Of a stretch of DNA of 62,521 nt, positions 52,965 through 61,014 are shown piece after piece. The notes beneath the pieces were generated by a model. It did no database searches, was not told the origin of the DNA, and saw only the letters and a program-made list of their open reading frames with translations. Within the stretch, counting starts at the first letter, position 1; each line of letters opens with the position of its first letter. Source of the DNA: Candidatus Limnocylindria bacterium (lineage in GTDB: Bacteria; Chloroflexota; Limnocylindria; P2-11E). The stretch covers positions 1-62,521 of the forward strand of contig DASUCM010000009.1 of assembly GCA_036276035.1 (NCBI GenBank), written 5' to 3'. The position numbers and the translations under genes were made by a program.

Positions 52965-53156
52965 ATGCAGGACAAGGACAAGGACAAGAAGGACGAGATC
53001 GGAAAGCAGGGCGGCCAGACCGGCCAGGGTGGACAGCCCGGCGCGGGCGGGTCCGGCGGCCAGAGCGACTGGGACAAGAAGGGCGGCAGCGGTACCGGTG
53101 GCGAGGCCGGCCGCACCGGTGGCACCGGCACGCCGCCGCCAGGGACGGACCGCTAG
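52965..53156 (+). CDS. small Gly/Gln/Lys-rich hydrophilic protein (63 aa)
   Basis: ATG 52965 is preceded by AGGAGG at optimal spacing. MQDKDKDKKDEIGKQGGQTGQGGQPGAGGSGGQSDWDKKGGSGTGGEAGRTGGTGTPPPGTDR. Confidence 0.55.
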   Translation: MQDKDKDKKDEIGKQGGQTGQGGQPGAGGSGGQSDWDKKGGSGTGGEAGRTGGTGTPPPGTDR

Positions 53157-53290
53157 TGCGTGAGCTGCCGCCACGGCCCGGCGAGCATCCGCCGAGCGAG
53201 CGGCAGGCGGACATCGGGCTCCCCAAGGACCAACCGGTGAAGCCGCCGGACGACAAGGCGGGGGAGCCGAAGCAGATCCCGCAGATGTGA
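53156..53290 (+). CDS. 44-aa Pro-rich peptide (candidate)
   Basis: GTG shares one nucleotide with the upstream TAG (TAGTG). Mostly G/C-ending codons. It ends 4 nt before a terminator hairpin. Confidence 0.3.
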   Translation: MRELPPRPGEHPPSERQADIGLPKDQPVKPPDDKAGEPKQIPQM

Positions 53291-53294
53291 CAAG

Positions 53295-53319
53295 AGAGGG
53301 CGCCGGATCGGCGCCCTCT
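53295..53319 (+). terminator. intrinsic-terminator-like hairpin: 10-bp perfect stem (AGAGGGCGCC / GGCGCCCTCT), 5-nt loop, followed by TCCTTTGTCC
   Basis: Read directly downstream of the two small ORFs and upstream of hemA. Confidence 0.65.
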
Positions 53320-53395
53320 TCCTTTGTCCTGGCGAATCTCGGCATACCTACGGACTGCGCTTGAGGCAGGCGAGGTGTGGCGCCATGGTCGAGGC

Positions 53396-54553
53396 ATGCG
53401 GCTCGTCGTCGCCCGCGCGCACCAGGCCACGTCGGACCTCGACGAGCGCGAGCGGTTCGCAGCGCAGGTGACGGCGGCACCGCCGTCGTCCGCGACCCTG
53501 CCGCTGCTCACGTGCCACCGCGCCGAGGTGTACGCGGCGATCCCCGAGGATGCAGATCCCCGCGCCTGGTGCGAGGCGGCGCTCGGCCCGCTGACGCCAG
53601 GCGTCCTCGTGGAGAGCGATCGCGCCGCAGTGGTCCACCTCTTCCGCGTCGCCGCCGGTCTCGACTCCGCGATCCCGGGCGAGCGACAGATCCTCGGGCA
53701 GATCCGGAGCGCCTACGAGCGCGCGCGTCCGACGCTCGGCGGCCCGCTCGCGGCGCTCTTCGAGCGCGCGCTGCACGTGGGCCGGACGCTGCGCGCGACC
53801 TCGTCCCTCGGCAGCGCACGGACCTCGCTCGGCTCCCTCGCCGTCTCCGCCGCGCTCGCGCGCGTCGCGTCGCCCGCGGCCGCGAGCGTCGTCGTCCTCG
53901 GCGCGGGCGAGATGGGCAAGCTCGCGGCCCGGGCGCTCTCGCGCCGCGTCGCCGCGCTGACGATCGTGAATCGCGACGCCGGGCGCGCGTCCGCGGTCGC
54001 CGACGCCACCGCCGGCCGCTCGCTCCCCCTCACCGCGCTGCCGGTGGCACTCGCTGCCGCGGACGCGCTCATCGCGGCGGCGGACACGCGTGGCGCGGTC
54101 CTCACGCGCGAGCTGCTCGCGCCGCACGCAGCGCGCGGCCTCGTGGTCGTCGACATCGCCGTGCCCCGCAGCGTCGCGCCGGATGCGCGCGAGGCGCTCG
54201 GCCCGCTCTACGTGAGCGTCGACGACCTCGTGCACCCGAGCGACACCCTCGATCCGAACGAGCGCGCGCTCTGCGACGCGCGGTGCGAGGAGGAAGCGGA
54301 GGCGCTGCTCGGCGCGATCCGCGGGCGCGTGGCGGGCGAGACGATCGCGCGCCTCCGTGACCGGGCAGAGGCCGTCCGCCGCCGGCAGCTCGACCGCGCG
54401 CTCTCGCGCCTCGGGCATCTCTCGGACCGCGACCGCCGCGTCATCGAGGCGCTCTCGACCGGCCTGGTCAATGCCCTCATCCACGAGCCGACCGCCGCGC
54501 TGCGCGAGTCCCCCGGACGCGCGGGGGCGGCGCGGGAGCTGTTCCGGCTGTGA
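53396..54553 (+). CDS. hemA: glutamyl-tRNA reductase
   Basis: ATG 53396: MRLVVARAHQ.., ..LLTCHRAEVY.. (catalytic Cys context), ..VVVLGAGEMGK.. NADPH fold. Confidence 0.9.
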   Translation: MRLVVARAHQATSDLDERERFAAQVTAAPPSSATLPLLTCHRAEVYAAIPEDADPRAWCEAALGPLTPGVLVESDRAAVVHLFRVAAGLDSAIPGERQILGQIRSAYERARPTLGGPLAALFERALHVGRTLRATSSLGSARTSLGSLAVSAALARVASPAAASVVVLGAGEMGKLAARALSRRVAALTIVNRDAGRASAVADATAGRSLPLTALPVALAAADALIAAADTRGAVLTRELLAPHAARGLVVVDIAVPRSVAPDAREALGPLYVSVDDLVHPSDTLDPNERALCDARCEEEAEALLGAIRGRVAGETIARLRDRAEAVRRRQLDRALSRLGHLSDRDRRVIEALSTGLVNALIHEPTAALRESPGRAGAARELFRL

Positions 54554-55404
54554 GGGCGGGGACGCGCGGCAGCCGGCTCGCGCTGGCGCAGACCCAAATG
54601 GCCCTGGCCGCGCTCGACGACGTCGAGCTCGTGGTGATCCGCACGCGCGGCGATGACAGCGACGCGCCGCTCCGCGAGCTCGGCGAGGGGATCTTCGTGC
54701 GGGCGCTCGAGGACGCCCTCCGGCGGGGCGACATCGACGTCGCGGTGCACTCGCTCAAGGATCTGCCGACGGAGGAGCCCGGCGACCTCGTCGTCGCCGC
54801 CATCCCGCGCCGCGCGGACCCGCGCGACGTCGTGATCGCGCGCGGGCGCGGCGGCCTCGCAGCACTGCACAGCGGCGCCGTCGTCGGCACGGGCAGCGTC
54901 CGGCGCGAGGCGTTCCTGCGCGCGGCGCGACCCGATCTCGTGATGCGGCCGGTCCGTGGCAACGTCGACACGAGGCTCGCCAAGGTGGAGCGCGGCGAGT
55001 ACGACGCCGTCGTGCTCGCGCTCGCCGGGCTCGTGCGCCTCGGCGTGCAGGTGGCGGAGCAGGAGATCCTCCCGATCGACATGTGCCCGCCCGCGCCCGG
55101 CCAGGGCGCGCTCGCGATCCAGTGCCGTCGCGAGGACGACCAGACCCGCACGCGCCTGAGCGCGCTCGACGATCCGGGGACGCGTGACGGCGTCGCCGCC
55201 GAGCGCGCCCTGCTTCGCGCGCTGGGCGCGAGCTGCGAGATCGCGCTCGGGGCCCATGGCCGCCGGGAAGGACGCGAGATCGCGCTCGATGCGGCGCTCG
55301 CGATGCCGGACGGCGTGCGGCGCGTGAGCGTCCGAGCCGCGGATCCGGCGGCGGCGGCGGCACGCGCGCACGACGCGCTGGCAGGGACGGTCGCGAGTGC
55401 CTAG
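54550..55404 (+). CDS. hemC: hydroxymethylbilane synthase (porphobilinogen deaminase)
   Basis: GTGA overlap with hemA. ..RGSRLALAQT.., ..HSLKDLPT.., ..RGNVDTRL.., ..PAPGQGALA... Confidence 0.92.
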   Translation: MRAGTRGSRLALAQTQMALAALDDVELVVIRTRGDDSDAPLRELGEGIFVRALEDALRRGDIDVAVHSLKDLPTEEPGDLVVAAIPRRADPRDVVIARGRGGLAALHSGAVVGTGSVRREAFLRAARPDLVMRPVRGNVDTRLAKVERGEYDAVVLALAGLVRLGVQVAEQEILPIDMCPPAPGQGALAIQCRREDDQTRTRLSALDDPGTRDGVAAERALLRALGASCEIALGAHGRREGREIALDAALAMPDGVRRVSVRAADPAAAAARAHDALAGTVASA

Positions 55405-56083
55405 CGCGGTGATCCTCACGAGACCCGCCGGCGAGAACGCGGCGCTCGCCGCGACGCTGCGCTCGCACGGCCACGACGTCCTCGAGCTGCCCTGCATCGC
55501 GGCCGCGCCGCTCGACGACGACAGCGCGCTCGCCGCCGCGCTCCGCGCCCTCACGGCGCGCGACCGCCTCGTCGCGACGAGCGCCTCGGGTGCCGAGGCG
55601 ATCCTGCGCACCGCCGTGCCGATCGCGGCGCCCGTCGCGACCGTCGGCGGGCGCGCCGCCACCCGGCTCCGCGCGTCGGGCATCCTCGTGGACCGCACGG
55701 CGTCGACCGGACGCGAGCTGGGCCTGGCCCTCGAGCTCCCGGAGGGTCACGTGCTCCTCGCGCGCTCCGACCGGGCCCTCCCGGATCTCCCCGCGACCCT
55801 TCGGGCGCGCGGCGCGGAGGTGCGCGAGGTCGTCGCCTACCGCACGGTCGCGCGCGTCGATGGCGACGTCGAGCGGGCAGGCGCTCTCGCGTCGGCCGGC
55901 GCCGCGATCGTCGTCGCGTCGCCGAGCGCCTTCGACGCGCTGCTCGAGCGGCTCGGTGCGGGCGTCGTCGCGCGCGGCCGCGTGATCGCGACCGGTCCGA
56001 CGACCGCTGCGCACGTCCGCGCGCGCACCGGCCGGCCTGCGGCGGTCGCGTCCTGGGACCGCGTGGGGGAGCTGGTCCGATGA
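55397..56083 (+). CDS. hemD: uroporphyrinogen-III synthase
   Basis: 228 aa, 8-nt overlap with hemC. ..VILTRPAGENAALAATLRSHGHDVLELP... The family is weakly conserved, so the call leans on its operon position between hemC and hemB. Confidence 0.8.
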   Translation: MPSAVILTRPAGENAALAATLRSHGHDVLELPCIAAAPLDDDSALAAALRALTARDRLVATSASGAEAILRTAVPIAAPVATVGGRAATRLRASGILVDRTASTGRELGLALELPEGHVLLARSDRALPDLPATLRARGAEVREVVAYRTVARVDGDVERAGALASAGAAIVVASPSAFDALLERLGAGVVARGRVIATGPTTAAHVRARTGRPAAVASWDRVGELVR

Positions 56084-57072
56084 TCGTCACGGCGGACCGC
56101 GCAGGCACGCTGCGGCGGACGCGCCGCTTGCGGCGGACCGCGGCGCTGCGCTCGCTCGTCCGCGAGACGAGGCTCGACCCGCGGTCGCTCGTGCTGCCCG
56201 TGTTCATCGACGCGAACGCGCGCGCCGAGATCCCGATCGCGTCGATGCCCGGCCAGTCCCGCTGGCCGGTCTCGGCCGCGGCCTCGCTCGCCGCGCGCGC
56301 GAGCGAGGCGGGCCTCGGCGGCCTGCTCGTCTTCGGCCTGCCGGAGGAGAAGGACGATCGGGGTGAGGCGGCGGCCGACCCGCTCGGGCCCGTCGCGAGC
56401 GCGCTCCGGGCGATGCGCGCGGCCGCGCCGGATGCCGTGCTCATCGCGGACGTCTGCCTCTGCGAGTACACGACGCACGGGCACTGCGGGGTCATCCGCG
56501 ACGGCGACATCGACAACGACGCGACCTTGCCGGTCCTCGCGGCCGCGGCCGCGACCTACGCCGAGGCCGGCGCGGACATCGTCGCGCCGAGCGACATGAT
56601 GGACGGCCGCGTCGCGGCGATCCGCCGGGCGCTCGACGCGCGCGGCCTCGAGCGCACCGCGATCCTCAGCTACGCGGCGAAGTTCGCCTCGTCCTTCTAT
56701 GGACCGTTCCGCGACGCCGCCGACTGCGCGCCGCAGTTCGGCGACCGCGCCGGCTACCAGATGGACCCGGCGAACGGCCGTGAGGCCCTCCTCGAGTGCG
56801 CGATCGACCTCGAGGAGGGCGCTGACGCGCTCATGGTGAAGCCGGCGGGCCCGTACCTGGACGTCATCGCCGCGGCCAGCGCGCGCTTCGACGTCCCGAT
56901 CGCGGCCTATCAGGTGAGCGGCGAGTACGCCGCGCTCCACGCGGCAGCCGCAGCAGGCTGGCTCGACCTCCGGCGCGCGGCGATCGAGTCTCTCACCGGC
57001 ATCGCGCGGGCGGGCGCGGACATCACGATCACCTACTTCGCACTAGAGGCCGCCGAGTGGCTGCGCGGGTAG
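56080..57072 (+). CDS. hemB: porphobilinogen synthase (ALA dehydratase), Zn-type
   Basis: ATGA overlap with hemD. Cys-rich metal site DVCLCEYTTHGHCG. ..MVKPA.. active-site Lys context. Confidence 0.95.
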   Translation: MIVTADRAGTLRRTRRLRRTAALRSLVRETRLDPRSLVLPVFIDANARAEIPIASMPGQSRWPVSAAASLAARASEAGLGGLLVFGLPEEKDDRGEAAADPLGPVASALRAMRAAAPDAVLIADVCLCEYTTHGHCGVIRDGDIDNDATLPVLAAAAATYAEAGADIVAPSDMMDGRVAAIRRALDARGLERTAILSYAAKFASSFYGPFRDAADCAPQFGDRAGYQMDPANGREALLECAIDLEEGADALMVKPAGPYLDVIAAASARFDVPIAAYQVSGEYAALHAAAAAGWLDLRRAAIESLTGIARAGADITITYFALEAAEWLRG

Positions 57073-58340
57073 ACACGAACGCCACGCTGCGCGAGCGCGC
57101 GCGCCGGCTGATGCCCGGCGGCGTCTCCAGCCCCGTCCGGGCGTACCGCGCGGTCGGGGGCGAGCCGCCGTTCATCGTGTCGGGCGAGGGCTCCCGGGTA
57201 CGCGACGCCGACGGTCGCACGTACATCGACCTCGTGTGCTCGTGGGGCCCGCTCATCGCCGGTCACGCGCACCCCGCCGTCGTGCGCGCGATCACCGAGC
57301 AGGCGAAGCGCGGCACGTCGTACGGAGCGCCCACGCCGCTCGAGGTGGAGCTCGCCGAGCGCGTGGTCGGGCGCATGCCGTCCGTCGAGATGGTCCGCTT
57401 CGTCTCGTCCGGGACCGAAGCCTGCATGAGCGCGCTGCGCGTCGCGCGGGCGGCGACCGGACGGACGGCGGTGCTGAAGTTCGCCGGCTGCTACCACGGC
57501 CACTCCGACGCGCTCCTCGCGCGCGCGGGGTCGGGCCTCGCGACCCTCGGCCTCCCCGACTCGGCGGGCGTCCCGGCCGCGTTCGCCGGCGAGACGCTCA
57601 CCGTGGACTTCAACGACCTCGAAGCGGCGGACGCCGCCGCCTCGCGCCTGCCGCTCGCCGCGATCATCGTCGAGCCATTCGTCGGCAACGCGGGCTGCAT
57701 CCCGCCCGAGCCCGGATTCCTCGAGGGGCTCCGCAGTGTCGCGGACCGCACAGGCGCGCTCCTCGTGTTCGACGAGGTCATCACCGGGTTCCGCGTCGCG
57801 CGGGGCGGGGCGCAGGAGCGCACCGGCGTGCGTGCGGACCTCACCTGCCTCGGCAAGGTGATCGGCGGCGGTCTGCCCGTCGGCGCGTACGGCGGCAGGC
57901 GCGAGCTCATGGAGCTCGTCGCCCCGGCCGGTCCGGTCTACCAGGCCGGAACGCTGTCGGGCAACCCGCTCGCGATGGCCGCCGGGGTCGCGACGCTCGA
58001 TCTGCTCGATGACGCCGCCTATGACCGGCTCGAGCACCTGGGCGCATCCCTCGAGGCCTCGCTCGTGGACGCCGCCGCGCGGGCCGGCATCGCGGCGCGC
58101 GTGCAGCGGGTCGCATCCCTGCTCACGCTGTTCTTCACGGACGGCGCGGTCCGGGACGAGCCCTCGGCGCGGCGGAGCGACCTCGCGCGGTTCGCGGCGT
58201 TCCATCGCGCGATGCTCGCGCGCGGCATCCTTTTGCCGCCGTCGCAGTTCGAGTGCTGGTTCCTCTCGCTCGTGCACGACGAGGACGCGCTCGCGCAGAT
58301 CGCCGAGGCGGCGCGGGCCTCGCTTGAGGAGCTTGCGTGA
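57057..58340 (+). CDS. hemL: glutamate-1-semialdehyde 2,1-aminomutase
   Basis: ..RRLMPGGVSSPVRA.., ..FDEVITGFR.., ..LGKVIGGGLPVGA... Confidence 0.95.
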   Translation: MAARVDTNATLRERARRLMPGGVSSPVRAYRAVGGEPPFIVSGEGSRVRDADGRTYIDLVCSWGPLIAGHAHPAVVRAITEQAKRGTSYGAPTPLEVELAERVVGRMPSVEMVRFVSSGTEACMSALRVARAATGRTAVLKFAGCYHGHSDALLARAGSGLATLGLPDSAGVPAAFAGETLTVDFNDLEAADAAASRLPLAAIIVEPFVGNAGCIPPEPGFLEGLRSVADRTGALLVFDEVITGFRVARGGAQERTGVRADLTCLGKVIGGGLPVGAYGGRRELMELVAPAGPVYQAGTLSGNPLAMAAGVATLDLLDDAAYDRLEHLGASLEASLVDAAARAGIAARVQRVASLLTLFFTDGAVRDEPSARRSDLARFAAFHRAMLARGILLPPSQFECWFLSLVHDEDALAQIAEAARASLEELA

Positions 58341-59038
58341 ACGAGCTCTACCGCTACCTCACCCTCGCGCTGCCCGGCGAGTGGAGGCGTCTGCCCGAGG
58401 AGGATCGCGCCGCGCACAAGCGCGAGTTCGCCGACGCGGTCGCCGCCTGCGGCGTGGCGGTCCACGCGTACTCGCTCGTCGGGACGCGGGCCGATGCGGA
58501 CCTGCTGCTGTGGCTCGTCGCCGACGACCTCGAGGCGATCCAGCGCGCGGAGTCGCGGCTCGCGGCGACCGCGCTCTGGACGTGGAGCGCGCGGCCGTAC
58601 GCCTACCTCGCGGCCCGTCGCCGCTCGCCGTACGTCGCGGCGCACGAACACGCCGGGAGCGAGCACGCGAGGCCGGGCGCGGGTCCGGTCGGCGACCGCC
58701 GCCACCTCGTCGTTTACCCGCTCACGAAGAAGCGGACGTGGTACGCGCTGCCGCACCAGGAGCGCACCCGGATCATGGCCGCGCACTTCGCGGTCGGGCA
58801 CCGCTACCCGGAGATCCGCATCCACACCGGCTACTCGTTCGGCATCGACGACCAGGAGTTCGTCGTCGCGTTCGAAGTCGACGACGTGCGCGAGTTCCTC
58901 GCGCTCGTCGCCGACCTCCGTGAGACCGAGTCGTCCGCGTTCACCGAGCGCGAGACGCCGATCTTCGTCGGCACCGCGATGACGATCGGTGAGAGCCTCG
59001 ACCGCGTGGACGGCGCGGCGCAGGCGGTGTCCGCGTGA
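58337..59038 (+). CDS. chdC: coproheme decarboxylase (chlorite-dismutase family, HemQ/ChdC)
   Basis: GTGA overlap with hemL. 233 aa. ..VVYPLTKKRTWYALP.., ..IHTGYSFGIDDQEFVVAFE... Confidence 0.88.
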   Translation: MNELYRYLTLALPGEWRRLPEEDRAAHKREFADAVAACGVAVHAYSLVGTRADADLLLWLVADDLEAIQRAESRLAATALWTWSARPYAYLAARRRSPYVAAHEHAGSEHARPGAGPVGDRRHLVVYPLTKKRTWYALPHQERTRIMAAHFAVGHRYPEIRIHTGYSFGIDDQEFVVAFEVDDVREFLALVADLRETESSAFTERETPIFVGTAMTIGESLDRVDGAAQAVSA

Positions 59039-60072
59039 CCGATCCGCTGCTCGTGCGCGCGCTCCGCCGCGAGCGCGTGGAGCGGACACCCGTGTGGTTC
59101 ATGCGCCAGGCGGGACGCTGCCTCGCCGAGTACCGCGCCCTGCGCGAGCGTCACGGCATCCTCGAGATCGCGCGCGATCCGGAGCTGTCCGCGCGCGTCA
59201 CCGCCATGCCGGTCGAGCGGCTCGGCGTCGATGGCGCGGTGCTCTATGCCGACATCATGCTGCCGCTCGACGGCATGGGCGTGCCGTTCCACATCCAGCC
59301 CGATCTCGGCCCGATCGTCGGGCGCCCGGTCCGCACGTCGGCGGACGTCGCCGCGCTGCGCGTCGTCGACGCCGAGGAGGCGACGCCGTATCTCTTCGAG
59401 TCGATCCGCGAGCTCCGCCGGACGCTGCCGGCGCAGGTCGCGCTCATCGGCTTCGGCGGCGCGCCGTTCACGCTCGCCTCCTATCTCGTCGAGGGCCGGC
59501 CCTCGCGCGACCTCGCGCGGACGAAGGCCCTCCTCTACGGCGAGCCCGCGACCTGGGACGCCCTCATGTCGACCCTCGTCGAGGTCCTCACCCGCTACCT
59601 GCGGGCCCAGGTCGCCGCGGGCGCGCAGGTCATCCAGCTCTTCGACTCGTGGGCGGGCGCGCTCGCACCTGAGACGTATCGCCGCGCGGTGCTCCCGCAC
59701 ACGCGCCGGATCTTCTCCGGCCTCGCGGACCTCGGCGTGCCGCGCATCCACTTCGCGACCGGCAACCCGCTGCTGCTCCCGCTCCTTGCCGAAGCGGGCT
59801 GCGACGCGGTCAGCGTCGACTGGCGCATCCCGCTCGACGAGGCGTGGCGGGCGATCGGCGACCTCGGCATCCAGGGCAACCTCGATCCCGGCGCCTGCGT
59901 CGCGCCGTTCGACGTCGTCGCGCGCGAGGCGCGCGACGTGCTACGCCGTGCCGGCGGACGGCCGGGGCACGTGTTCAACCTCGGGCACGGCGTGCTGCCC
60001 GAGACCGAGGCCGACACGCTCGCGCGACTTGTCGAGCTCGTCGCGCGCGAGACGCAGGCGGTGGCGGCGTGA
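59035..60072 (+). CDS. hemE: uroporphyrinogen decarboxylase
   Basis: GTGA overlap with chdC. ..TPVWFMRQAGR.., ..FDSWAG.., ..NLGHG... Confidence 0.95.
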   Translation: MTDPLLVRALRRERVERTPVWFMRQAGRCLAEYRALRERHGILEIARDPELSARVTAMPVERLGVDGAVLYADIMLPLDGMGVPFHIQPDLGPIVGRPVRTSADVAALRVVDAEEATPYLFESIRELRRTLPAQVALIGFGGAPFTLASYLVEGRPSRDLARTKALLYGEPATWDALMSTLVEVLTRYLRAQVAAGAQVIQLFDSWAGALAPETYRRAVLPHTRRIFSGLADLGVPRIHFATGNPLLLPLLAEAGCDAVSVDWRIPLDEAWRAIGDLGIQGNLDPGACVAPFDVVAREARDVLRRAGGRPGHVFNLGHGVLPETEADTLARLVELVARETQAVAA

Positions 60073-60950
60073 CGTCGGGCCTCGTGCTCATGACCTACGG
60101 CGCGCCGCGCGATGCGGCGGACGTGCCGGACTACCTCGCGCGCGTGCGGGGCGGGCGCACACCGGCGCCGGAGCTCGTCAGCGAGTTCGTCGGCCGGTAC
60201 GAGCGCATCGGCTGGTCCCCGCTCATCGAGAGGACCGAGGCGCAGGCGGCCGCGCTCGAGCGCGCGCTCGGCCCCGGCTGGCGCGTCCGCGCCGGCATGC
60301 GCTTCTCGGCGCCGTCGGTCGCGGACGCCGTCGACGCGCTCGGCCCGGTCGACCGGGTCGTCGGGATCGCGATGTCCCCGCAGTTCTCGCCGCTCCTCAT
60401 GGCCGGGTACGCGACGGCGCTCCGGTCCGCGGCGGCCTCGCGCGGCGTCGCCTCGACGGTCGCGGGCGCGTGGCATCGCGAGCCCGCCTTCATCGCGGCG
60501 CTCGCGGGGCTCGTCCGGGACGCGCGCGCCGAGAGCGAGCCGGATGGGCCGATCCTCTTCACCGCGCACAGCCTGCCGCGGCGCGTCTTCGACGCCGAGC
60601 CGGAATATGTCGCGCAGCTCCGCGAGACCGCGGACCTCGTCGCCGCGGCCATCGGCCTCGAGGAGGCGCGCTGGCGCTGGGCGTACCAGAGCGCGGGCCA
60701 TACGCAGGAGGAGTGGCTGCGCCCGGACCTGAAGGAGCTCTTCCCTGAGATCGCCGCGGCCGGAGCGTCGGAGGTGCTCGTCGTCCCGGTGCAGTTCCTC
60801 GCCGATCACCTCGAGGTGCTGTACGACCTCGACGTCGCGACCGCTGCCGAGGCCGCGGCGCACGGGCTGCGCTACCGGCGCATCCGGATGCCCAACGACG
60901 ACCCGCGCTTCATCGCCGCGCTCGCCGCGGTCGCGCGCGCCACGGTCTGA
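60069..60950 (+). CDS. cpfC: ferrochelatase (coproporphyrin ferrochelatase type)
   Basis: GTGA overlap with hemE. ..LVLMTYGAP.., ..FTAHSLP.., ..VVPVQFLADHLEVLYDLD... Confidence 0.9.
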   Translation: MTSGLVLMTYGAPRDAADVPDYLARVRGGRTPAPELVSEFVGRYERIGWSPLIERTEAQAAALERALGPGWRVRAGMRFSAPSVADAVDALGPVDRVVGIAMSPQFSPLLMAGYATALRSAAASRGVASTVAGAWHREPAFIAALAGLVRDARAESEPDGPILFTAHSLPRRVFDAEPEYVAQLRETADLVAAAIGLEEARWRWAYQSAGHTQEEWLRPDLKELFPEIAAAGASEVLVVPVQFLADHLEVLYDLDVATAAEAAAHGLRYRRIRMPNDDPRFIAALAAVARATV

Positions 60951-61014
60951 CCCGCCGCCCGAGCGCTCGCTCGTCCGCCGTCACGGATGGACGTGCGCGA
61001 GAGTTGAGCAGGTG

